Of a DNA stretch of 64,000 bases, positions 27,041 to 37,915 are shown piece after piece. The DNA is taken from positions 32,426,001-32,490,000 of the forward strand of contig NC_043008.1 in NCBI RefSeq assembly GCF_006345805.1. Reading direction: 5' to 3'. Source of the stretch: Octopus sinensis. Lineage: Eukaryota. The position numbers and the translations under genes are program-made. Position 1 is the stretch's first letter, and the number at the start of each line of letters is the position of its first letter. The notes beneath the pieces were generated by a model. That model made no database searches. It was not told the origin of the DNA and saw nothing but the letters and a program-made list of their open reading frames with translations.

Positions 27041-27165
27041 CATTCCTTTTGTGCAAATAGCCCAAAGGTAATTGGATTTGCAGATTAGCTAAATGAGTTT
27101 TGTGTGGATTACCGACTATGTACCTGTATATGCCTACAACATTGAATGAGTGTTTTTGAATCCAT

Positions 27166-27576
27166 GTAGGTAACAGAAATTTATACAGGGTCAGTTGCTT
27201 ACCAACTACCAGAGTACACCAAAAGCCAAGTAGCACAGTAGGTAGAGACAACAGCAACAATAGAAGCTTTTACTTTGTATAATAGGGTAGGTGTATTGCC
27301 ATAGCAATTCCTGAGCATTACTCAGATTATTCAATTTCTCACAGATCTCACTTTTTAAGGGGTACCAACCATTTACATGTATATATACCTACAAGAGTAG
27401 GAAATAGAAATTTATACAGTTAAATTTATTCATCAAAAACCAAATAGCATAGTGGGCAGAGACAACAGCAACAACAGAACTTTTTATTTTGTATAAAGAG
27501 TAGGTAGGTATAATATGGTAATTCCTGAGGCCAGTCATTACTCGGTTTCTAAGGTCATCTGTTACTCAGATTATTC
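27166..27576. repeat. Diverged direct repeat, two units of about 165-180 bp
   Basis: Units at about 27166-27332 and 27397-27576 share agaaatttatacag, agagacaacagcaacaa, aattcctgag and ttactcagattattc. Confidence 0.8.
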
Positions 27577-27849
27577 TGGCTCACTCAGAACTATTTGTTT
27601 TTTGCTTTATAAGTTTCTTTCTTTTCCTCACCTGTCACCAAATATTTTTTTTAAATTCTGAACGAAATATTTTTCTACTTTCAGTTTTAGCTTATTGTTG
27701 TACTTGTTGCATACTATTCCTCCACCAAACTTCTTTATTCTAGTAGCTATCAGTGTGTATATTTCAGTAGCATTTCATGTTTTCTGTTTTTTTTTGTTTT
27801 GTTTTGTTTTCTTTCCTTTCTGATCTTTTATATAAATAAATAAATAGAG

Positions 27850-28043
27850 CGATTTCTTGCCATGTGTCTGCAATTTTGTTTTCCAACCGGCCGACTAACT
27901 TAACTCTGGGCAGTGGACAACTGCTTATCTCCAAGCATACTTATGCTCCATCGTTCCTCGCTTTTCCGTTGACCAGCCGGATTCTGACTACGAGGTAATA
28001 CAATGTTGTTCATCTCCCCCGTGCATTGACGCTGCATACGCGC
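27850..28043. promoter_or_regulatory. CpG-rich patch (possible internal promoter or cassette exon)
   Basis: 12 CpGs by hand count in about 195 bp, against a visibly CpG-depleted intron. No repeat family recognised. Confidence 0.35.
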
Positions 28044-28601
28044 ATACATACATACATAAAGTGTATATATGTATGTGTGTAGTCACTTATATAATGTGTG
28101 TCAGTGTATGCATATTGATTTTTTTTTTGATTGGATACATTTCCTCCCTATAGAGTGTCTTTAGTTCACTGTGGCTTTTAATATGGACTGTCTACTTAAT
28201 TTTTTTTTTTTTGGCATATGTAGTGTGTGTATGTGTGTGTATATATTTGTGTGTGTGTGCGTGTATATATATGTATATGTAGATATATATATATATACAC
28301 ACATACTCTATAAATATATTAATGAATGTAGGCTATTTTTGTGTGTAGGTATGCACGACTTTTTGAATATAGATGAATGACAGTATGTATGTACATGTGT
28401 GTGTGTCTGTGTACATGTATATATATGTGTGTGTGTATATATATATATATAAAATATTGTATTTAGTCTTAATACATTCTATCAAATTCAAATGTGAATA
28501 CCTGATTATTTTTCAGTTCTATATTTAAGAGATGAGGAATTATGTCCATTATTTACATTATTTACATTTGACGGATATTTGTCCTCATCTTGTTTGTTGT
28601 T

Positions 28602-28645
28602 AACACGTTTTGGCTAATATACTCTCCAGCCTTCATCAGGTGTCT
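28602..28645 (-). ncRNA. Degenerate hammerhead motif (second arm)
   Basis: gacac-CTGATGA-a-ggctg...tagcc-AAAA-cgtgtt: GAAA>AAAA and a 3-nt deletion at the cleavage site, so probably inactive. Confidence 0.45.
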
Positions 28646-28861
28646 TGGGGAAATTTTTAACATGGGTTCTCATTCCTAAGGTATTTTTCAATGTTGTTAT
28701 TATTATTATTATTATTATTCAGTGGTTAAGAGCACGGGCTACTAACCCCAAGATTCCGAGTTTGATTCCAGGCAGTGACCTGAATAATAATAATGATAAT
28801 AAATAATAATAATATCGAAAAATACCTTAGGAATGAGAACCCAGGTTCGAAATTTCCCCAA

Positions 28862-28906
28862 GACACTGATGAAGGTTGGAGGGTATATCAGCTGAAACGT
28901 TGTGTT
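28862..28906 (+). ncRNA. Minimal type I hammerhead ribozyme motif (stem I damaged)
   Basis: gaca-CTGATGA-a-ggttg...cagct-GAAA-cg-TT-gtgtt. The core is intact, stem II has two wobble pairs, stem III is a palindromic ACGT, and one C of stem I is deleted. Confidence 0.55.
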
Positions 28907-29850
28907 AACAACAAACAAGATGAGAACAAATATCCGTCAAATGTAAATAATGTAAATAATGCTGATTATTTTTGTTTGCCATCATCAGAAAGCATCTCCC
29001 TTTCGAAGATCTGTGTTCATCATGCATGATCCACTGATGTAATGTATGTTTGAGACACCATAGTGTTTCTACCCTGTTGTGTGTCTACTCACTCACAGCT
29101 ACCTTGCTGAACTGATGAATCTGACCAGCACATGAGATCTTGTTTGCATGCTGATGTCTGCCAAGTAGATGATAATTAATGAGGTGACTGCAGAATAGTG
29201 AGAATCAAAACACTAATTTACCTGTTCATTAGGCCAGCAGGGTAGTTTCAACTGAGGGGACACACCATAAGGTTGAAAGAGCATGTCTCAAAGTCCCCTT
29301 ACACTGGTAAACCATGTGTTATGAACAACATTGTCTTAAAGGAGGTGTTCTTTGTTGGATTATATATATACACACCTATGTATGTATAGAAACACACACA
29401 CACATGCGTAAATGTGCACATGCATTCATACATAGATTTAGGCAGATATAAACAATAGCTCAGAATAGTTTTATTGTGAGATTTCACTGTTTATTTGGTT
29501 TCTTCTTGGTTAAAACTTGTATCTGATGAAGGTATGAAGTAGGGCTTAGTGAGGCTGCTTTGGAGCTGCAGGATAATTTGAATTGCCTTTCTATTTCATT
29601 TTTAATAATTTGGCTTTTTTTTTACATACTTTTTGTTCTTTTTGGCTTTTTACTTTCATCTCAAATGGTAAGATCGTAATAATATTAGAATTGGCACAAG
29701 TATGGACAAAACGCTTTTACATCATGAGTTCGAATCCTTCCTAAGTTGGCTTTTATTTTTTGTCCTTCCAGGATCAATGAAATAAAGTTCCAATTAAGTA
29801 TTGGAGGGCTCTGCACCAAAATTAAGGCTTTATTTGAGTCCATGTTAGAA

Positions 29851-29881
<31 letters not shown>

Positions 29882-29899
29882 TATTATTATTATTATTAT

Positions 29900-30115
29900 G
29901 GTGGTGAGCTGGAGGAATTGTTGTTAGCATGCTGAGCAAAATGCCAAGCAGCATTTTGTCTATCTTTACATTCTGAGTTCAAGTCCTGCCAGGGTTGACT
30001 TTGCCTTTCATCCTTTTGGGGGTCGATAAAATAAGTACCAGTTAAGCACTGGAGTTGATCTAATCAACTTTGCTCCTCCCCCAAAATTCCTGGCCTTGTG
30101 CCAAAATTTGAAACC
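29900..30115 (+). mobile_element. SINE family B; other copies at about 2315-2436, 6620-6820 (-), 38975-39150, 50505-50716
   Basis: GGCAGCGAGCTGGCAG-type head, TTCTGAGTTCAAAT B-box, central gttgactttgcctttcatcc..gggtcgataaaataagtacc domain and (ATT)n tail. Confidence 0.85.
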
Positions 30116-31565
30116 ATTATTATTATTATTTCAAATTCTGCTGAGATTGACTTAGCCTTTCAGGGTTCATAAATTGAGAACCAGTCGAGCACTGAGGTTG
30201 AGGTAATTAACTAAACCCCTCCCCAAATTTCAGGCCTTTTAACTATAGTGGAAAGGGTTATTATTATTCTCATTTATTATTATTGTTATTATTATTTTCC
30301 TTGTCATCAATGGTAAGATGGCTGTTTTATTTTTTTTTTAATTATTTATTTATTGATGCCAGCTGCTTGCAATAGGAACCAAATATCGTATTGTGATTCT
30401 GGTTCCAAATATATTTTTAGCTTCTTGTTTATTTTGGATATTTACTTTTTGGCTTTGTTTCTTTTATTTTCTGAGACCTTTTTTCAGTAATGGGTTACCT
30501 CCTCATGCATTTAAATATGTCTCTCTGTCTGAATACTTGACACCTTTTACAGTCTCATATTTCATTTAGAATATCCCCCCACCCTCGTTTTTTTCTTTGT
30601 ATCATTCATTGTTTCAGTCCAATTAATGCTTTTGGTAAATCTGACAATCTCAAATTCTCTCCCTCCACCACCATCACAGGATCCACCCACTTGCTGTAGG
30701 ATCCTCTCTTCCACTATGCAAATCCGAAAAATGTTTGGTGGTACTCCAGCTGAAAATATATAAATAAATAGATATTGCTTTAGCTTCAGCTTTACTTTCT
30801 CTTCATGATTTGCCTTGCTTAATTGTACAGCACTGGAAAATTGCAATGGAAACAAATTTCACTCAAGTTATGTTAGCTTAGCTCTATTTTTGTTGTTTTA
30901 TGCATGGCTTTTGATTACATTTCAGTTTGCTAGCAGATTTATTTTCATTATATTTTACTGTTGTTTTTAATTACATTATGTATGTGTTTATATACACATA
31001 CTCTCATATATTTATTCATTTATACTGTTTGTCTGTGTATATATATATAATCATAATTTATTGGAAGCTTATATATTTACAATAATTATTATATAAATAA
31101 CTATATTATATATAATATGTATGTGTATAGTATTTACATATTACTATATAATTTCTCCTAGAGATAATTATATAAATAACTACTGTGTGCATGTGTGTGT
31201 GTGTGTGTTTGTGTGTGTGTGTATATATATATACACGTGTGTGTGTGTGTGTGTATGAGAAGGAGAGAAAGGCAGAGAAAATCATTTTAATGTCTATTTT
31301 ACCATGTTTGCATGGGTCAGATGAGGCTCTACTGAAGCATATTTCTCTGAGACCAGATTCCCTTTTTGTTACTGACTAACGCCTGTTACAAACTGTTAAT
31401 CTGCTATTCAAGGCATGGTTTTGCCAAGAACTAGAAACAAACTACAGTTTGAATGACCCTTTTCTTACAACCAGACATGAATTTGCTTACACTACCATAC
31501 ATGCACTCCACGCATGCATATACACATTCATTAATCTTACATACGTGTATGTATGTGTGTATATA

Positions 31566-31629
<64 letters not shown>

Positions 31630-32147
31630 TGGCTGTGTAGTAAGAAGCTTGCTTCTCAAACTCGTTCCGAGTTCAGTCCCACTGCATGATACCTTGGGCA
31701 AGTGCTTTCTTCTATAGTCTCAGGCTAACCAAAACCTTGTGAGTAGATTTGGTGTATATATGTGTGTGTGTGTGTGTCTTTGTGTCTGTGTTTGTCTCCC
31801 ATCACTTTTGACAACAGGTGTTGGTGTGTTTACATTCTTGTAACTTAGTTTTTTGGCAAAAGAGACTGAAACCAATAGAATAAGTACCAGGCTTAAAAAA
31901 AGTCTTTATTCAACTAAAGATTCTTCGAGGCAGTACCCCCAGCATGATCACAATTACTGAAACAAGTAAAAGATGAAAGATGTATACACACACATATGTG
32001 CATGCATACAAACGTATGTATACATACATACATACATGAGCTGCAGATGTAACAATTTAGTTAGATTTTCTTCTCAACCACTTAATTTTTTATTTCAGTC
32101 TCGCTTTGTGGCACCTTAAGCAAATGTCTTTTACTATAGCCCTAGAC

Positions 32148-32447
32148 CAGGGGTTCCCAAATGGGGTCCATATAGGCTTTAAGGGGGTTCATGAGTAAAA
32201 AATTGTAACCTGCGGGTCCATATATAAATTTTATTTACTAGGAAAGGTACCTGTATTTATTGAAACTTTAAAGATTTGTATTTGGAATTTATGTTATGCA
32301 TGTAATGAAATTGTTTTGTTGTTAGATTTTACTAACCTATAAAGAAATATTTTATTTCAAAAATTTAAATGTGCATGTATGGGGTCCACAGATGATAAGA
32401 TAGCTCTCAGTGGGGGTCCACAAGCAAAATAAGATTAGGAACCCCTG
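32148..32447. mobile_element. hAT (Charlie-like) MITE inserted in a SINE
   Basis: TIRs CAGGGGTTCCCAA / TTAGGAACCCCTG; 8-bp TSD ccctagac at 32140-32147 and 32448-32455. Confidence 0.92.
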
Positions 32448-34462
32448 CCCTAGACCAAGACTTGTGAGTGGATTTGGTTGACAAAAACTGAAACCAACCC
32501 CTCCTCTGTATGTGTGTGCTTCTCTGAAAGTTACTCAGTTGTGGGCTTTGTGTCTTTGGGGACATTTTGAATAAGATATCTCTTACTTGAGATACAGATA
32601 AGAATTAGCAACAAGAGCATCCACTTACAAAGCTCATGCTGGAATGGAAAAACAGCAGATGTAAAAATGAATAAACATCTTTACTCTGTCTCTCTCTCCT
32701 TTATTCTTTTTATTAAATTTCTTTGAAGAAGCAAAATAATGAGTTAAAAAATCTCACTAAGTGATGAAAATAGTAACTATACTAAGAAGTAATGTTTATC
32801 GCCACATCAATATGGCTGTTCATGGATCTGGTGGAGAATCTGCCTGGGGTCAAAATGGTAGTAATGTTGAACAGCCATATTGATGTGACAATAATAAACA
32901 TTACTTCTTTGATGAAAACACTTGGTAATTATTTACTTTACTCTCCAAGTCAACTTATCATCTTTCTGAAGTCATGAAAATATACTCAAATTTTCTGATA
33001 CAGGAGTTAATATAATCAGCTATAAGCTCATGAAGCCAATACTCCATTATTGCAAGAGCCCAGTGTCTGTAACCAGTAACAACTGTTGTCTGGCAAACTA
33101 TATGAATTTCTTGCAGTTATATTTGTTTTCTCCAAAGCTTCAGGCGTTTGCTTTTGTGTCTATACCAAAAGCTGAATATTCATCCTACTGTTTGCTGAAA
33201 AGTTTGTGATAGTTTGTGTTCCAACAGTGCTTGGTTTGTGAGATTTTATTTCTTAGGAATAGCATTATCTTTCTGATCTAGAATTTCACAAGCAAAAATG
33301 GAGAACTTTGCACTGCTCAACTATATGCTAAAATATATGAACTGCTCAAATATATGCTAAAATAATGTGTGTGTATTTATATATGTATACACACACAATT
33401 CTAAAAGGAAAATTAGAAGGAAAGAAACAAAGATAAAAATTCCACCATCGTATTTCAGATGCAATCTTAGGAAATCCTGATTAAATTAACACTTCAGAAA
33501 AAGCCAGTTTTGTTGTTGGAATTATTATTATTATTATTTGCTGCTTATATATGCAGTGTAGATGTTGACTACTAGAAATTGAAAGTGGGTTAGTTTTCCT
33601 TTTTGTTTGTTTTTTTTTCTTTCGTTTTTTTTTTTCCTTTCTGCTTCAGCTTTGAAGATAAAAAAGGGAGAGAGTGAGTGAGGCCGAAAAGACTTCATAT
33701 AGGATTGTAAGCTGTTCAAAGCAATGAAGATTTAGCCATTCTGGTGATGTTTGACTGTTACAGGTAGAATGGCAACTTAGTTAGGGATTTATTTAGCCTA
33801 TAATTGTTTCTCCTTCTCCATATTCATCGAGCTCTAATCTGGAATTCTGTGTAATTGGAGGATTTCATGGAAATTTCTTTTTTAAGACCAGAGTCTTAGA
33901 CTGACTCACCTAATCATTATTTAATAGTTCACATGAGATACACCAGTGTGTGTGTGTGTGTGTGTATTATTGTTTATATATATACATACACATGTATGTG
34001 TATGAAAATACACACACACCTGTGTATGTAGGTGTCTATAGACACACATCTATATATATATATACACACACATACATATATGCACACTTACATATCCATC
34101 TATATATATATATATATATATGCACACACACACACACACGTCTCTATATGCATGTGTGTGTACATGCATGTAATGAGTTTGAGTGTATATATTTTAAACT
34201 TGGAATATTATAATGTTTAGGATGGCTTCTGTACAAGAATGGTATGCAAATTTTTGAAGCAGTTTAAATGCTTTTGGCACAGGCATGACTGTTTGGTTAA
34301 AAAGTTTGGTTTGCTAATCTGTGGTTTTGGGTACAACTTACTGACAGACATTTTGAGAAAGTGTTGTATTGTGTTCTATAGTCACAGGCCAGCCAAAGAC
34401 CCATTAGTAGATTTGTCAGAGGGAACTGAAAGAAATATGCCACATATATATATATATACATA

Positions 34463-34632
34463 TAAAATTATAAATTAGGGTATCTGAGAGATACCACCAC
34501 GCTGAAAAAGCAGCCAAAACCTGATACTAAAGCCACATTAAATGTTCATATAGCACTAGTGGCTTTAGGGTCAGGTTTTGACTGCTATTTCAGTGTGGTG
34601 GTATCTCTCAGATACCCTCATTTATAATTTTA
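34463..34632. repeat. Fold-back element: 74-bp arms, 22-nt loop
   Basis: Arms 34463-34536 and 34559-34632 are reverse complements with about 6 mismatches (agggtatctgagagataccaccac / gtggtggtatctctcagataccct). Confidence 0.92.
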
Positions 34633-35898
34633 AATAATTATTACCTTTGTATGGTATTTATTCCCACACTGGCCACTTGATAAGATTGATATTTAAATAT
34701 CGATCTTATCCTTATTTATAAATTTATGTATATATATATATTGTGTATGTGTGTGTGTGTAGGCATGGTTGTGTGGTAAGATGCTTGTTTTCTAACTGCA
34801 TCATTTCAGATTCAGTCCTGGTGTGTGACAGCTTTAGCAAGTATCTCTTATTATATGCCAAGGCTGATGAAAGTTTTGTGACATGATAGAAACTGAAAGA
34901 AGCCCATTGTGTGTGTATGTATGTATATATATAAATAGGTAGATGCATGTGTTTATGTTACTGTCTCCTTTGCTGTGACTTTGCATGATGTCTGATCAGC
35001 ATTATCATTTAGCATCCATTTTCCTTACTGGCACGAGTTAGATGGTTTGGCCATAGCTGGAGGGCTATACCAGGCTCTAGTAGTCTCTTTTGGCTTGTTT
35101 CTCTGGCTGGATGCTCTTCCTAATACCAATATTTTGTGGAGAAATATTACCTTGCTTGGAAACTGGTGAGGATTGATGGTAGGATGGGCATCCAGCTGTA
35201 TGAAATCTACCTTAACAAAATTCTGTCCAACCCATGCAGGCATGGAAAAGTGGACATTACACTGATGATAGTGATGATGATTGTGTGTCTTTGTGGTTCT
35301 TTGTCTTGATACCTCATGCTAATTAACAAACATGATTGTCATACAAGTCATGTGTCGTTCATGTACAATCTTCTATGTAATTATGTCTGGCCTTTGTATT
35401 GTTTGAAAGGCTAAGGGAAGTGTTAGTTTGATTGGAAGCAGGTGAGGGTTGGTAAGAAAAAGCTCATCCCAAGAGAAAAATCTGCATCAATGAATTCCAT
35501 CTGATCCAGACAAGCATGTCTACTCATGACTATATAGGCATCTAAAATAATCAGCAAAAGCATAATACATATACCAAGTCTTTTTTGATTCTGAATAATG
35601 GCTGAGTAGTTAATATATGTGAGCATAAAGATGTACACCTCAACTTCCTTTGGTTTTGTAGACTTGGCAAGCTGCATGATAACTTCAGTAGGGCCAGCGG
35701 TACAAAAATGGCATTTAGTACACTCTGTAAAGTGGTTGGCATTAGGAAGGGTACTAGACTAGAAACTATGCCAAAGCAGACACAGGAGCATGATGCAGTT
35801 CTTGGGCCCATTGGATCCCTGTCAGAGTGTCCAAGACATGACAGTGTGGGAGCATGGATGTTAAATGATAATGATGATTGTGTATGTGTGTATGTATG

Positions 35899-35944
<46 letters not shown>

Positions 35945-35949
<5 letters not shown>

Positions 35950-36260
35950 AAATATTAGGGAATAAATCCAAACTTACAGGGAAAAATCAGATTTAGGATT
36001 GAATCCAATTTTATAGTAAAATATTATATTATATTAAATTAGAGATAAAACCACTATTAGGCAAATCATACAATGAAAAACTTAAGCCAATATATAAGAT
36101 TAATTAATTTATATTATTTTAAATAGATATCAAAATTATTAAAAAAAGATAATTAGTATAACACTACGATCGTTTCATGGCTGTCCAATTCTTAAAATTT
36201 CGAGTTACAGTCATTCATCAGGTGGTTTAAATATTTAACTTAGCGAGGTTTAATCAATAT
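35945..36260 (-). mobile_element. Probable Penelope-like pseudo-LTR fragment
   Basis: AT-rich insert between (AT)n tracts that carries the hammerhead motif. The assignment rests on that motif. Confidence 0.45.
36160..36227 (-). ncRNA. Type I hammerhead ribozyme motif, Penelope-type
   Basis: accac-CTGATGA-atgactgt..acagccat-GAAA-cgatcg-TA-gtgtt. The core is intact, stem II pairs at 7/8 positions, stem III is palindromic and the cleavage triplet is GUA. Confidence 0.65.
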
Positions 36261-37857
36261 ATATATATTTGTGTATATATATATATATTTGTGTATATAT
36301 GTGGATATATGTATAGTTCTTTGTATATGTTTGTAAATACATTCACACACACTGTTGTGTGTATAGATAGATAGATGGATCTATGTCTGTCTGTATCTCT
36401 CTCTCTCTTTCCCAGCTCATTGATTAACTGAATTCCCTGTTCATTGTATTATTGTGTAATTGGCTGAATATTCTGAAGACACATACACCTTTAGCATAAT
36501 CCACAGATATCATCAGCATGATACAGTACATGATAAAGCTGTCCTTTTAGAATTAGCCAGGCTTCCATGGTTTCTATCAAATTTCACTCATAAGATTTTG
36601 GTTGATCCAAAGTTATGTTAAAAGCTATGGGAACGCTGGGTTTTCCATGTCCCTATATAAGTAAATGAGTTTAGATGTTGGTAGTTACAGTTTGAAAGTG
36701 TTCACAGAACATCCCCTGCAATTACTTTTGATACCAGCCACCTGTCCATGTTATTAGATGTTCACTATATTACTGCTTGGAAATTTCTGATTATTTTCAT
36801 GTCAACATTCATTTCCTACACTGAATCAAATAAAATTACCTTCCTTGTCTTGGGTGTACTCTGGTATGTGGGTAGGGGTGTTAATATATACTAGCCTCTT
36901 GCTAAAGCCCCTTCTAGCTAGCCCATCACTGTATTTGAGAGAGACTGATAAAATGTCCCTGTCCGAGAATATATTGTAGACCACACCATTTAATCTAGCT
37001 GCAAGATTCATAATTATGATTAGAGGGTTGTTGGAATTTCTGTGAATGTATATAGTGTTCTTGATTGGTTTTCTGTTGGGGTTAGTGTCTACTTGTGGAT
37101 CCTAGTGAGTGCTAATGGTTACTTTTGAGCCAAACTCTTTAAATATTCTGTTCATGCAGTGTCTGTTCATATTGCAAAGATTGCTGTGTTGCCATCTCTG
37201 TATTAGGCAAAACTGTGAGGGGAGGCATGCACATTTTAAGAGCCTCAAAGATAATTCCCCAAGGTTAGCTGTTTGAGCTACATCATAGCTCATGTGGAGA
37301 CATTGAACAAAGTTAGTCTTCTTTTCTACCTTGGTAGAATTGAATGTATTATAACAATGGCTTCCTAGTATTAACTGTTATCCTGTTGTCGTATATGATC
37401 ATGATATCATACTAAAGAATGAAGAATTATACAGCTTCAAAATTTGTATAATTCTTAATTATGGTGTCTTGATTATATAATCTGTATGCTACATGAAATC
37501 CAATGAAGAAGCAAACTAAGAATTTACCTATCAAGTGCAGTTCAATTGTTTATCTTAAACAATTCTGAATGTTCCCTAGCATTCAATCTAGTTTGCCAGA
37601 TCAATCCCCACACACAAACGGGAAAAAGATTATTTGTTTGAAGTTAATGGACTTACTCTGTTGCTACTCAATTTCTCAAGCTGTGTGTAATCTTTCAGTT
37701 ATGCGTATGTGTGTAAGAAGTTTGCTTCCCAACCACATGGTTTCAGGTTCAGTTCTACTGTGTAGCACTTTGGGAAAGTGTCTTCTATATCCTTGGGTCA
37801 ACCAAAGCCTTATGAGTGGACTTGGTTGATGGAAAGAAGCTTGTGTGTGTGTGTATG

Positions 37858-37915
<58 letters not shown>

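Larger units (their letters stand above)
28514..28961. mobile_element. Inverted (head-to-head) non-autonomous element with a tRNA-like head and hammerhead motifs, Penelope-associated
   Basis: Arms 28547-28722 and 28780-28961 are reverse complements. The 57-bp centre is tRNA-like (AGTGGTTAAG...GTTTGATTC B-box). A 12-bp direct repeat, ctgattattttt, lies at 28502-28513 and 28962-28973. Confidence 0.8.

Noticed and set aside
30562-30855. 97-aa - strand ORF with an internal strong acceptor (atattttcag)
   Set aside because: No recognisable homology, and I could not assemble a consistent nested gene model.
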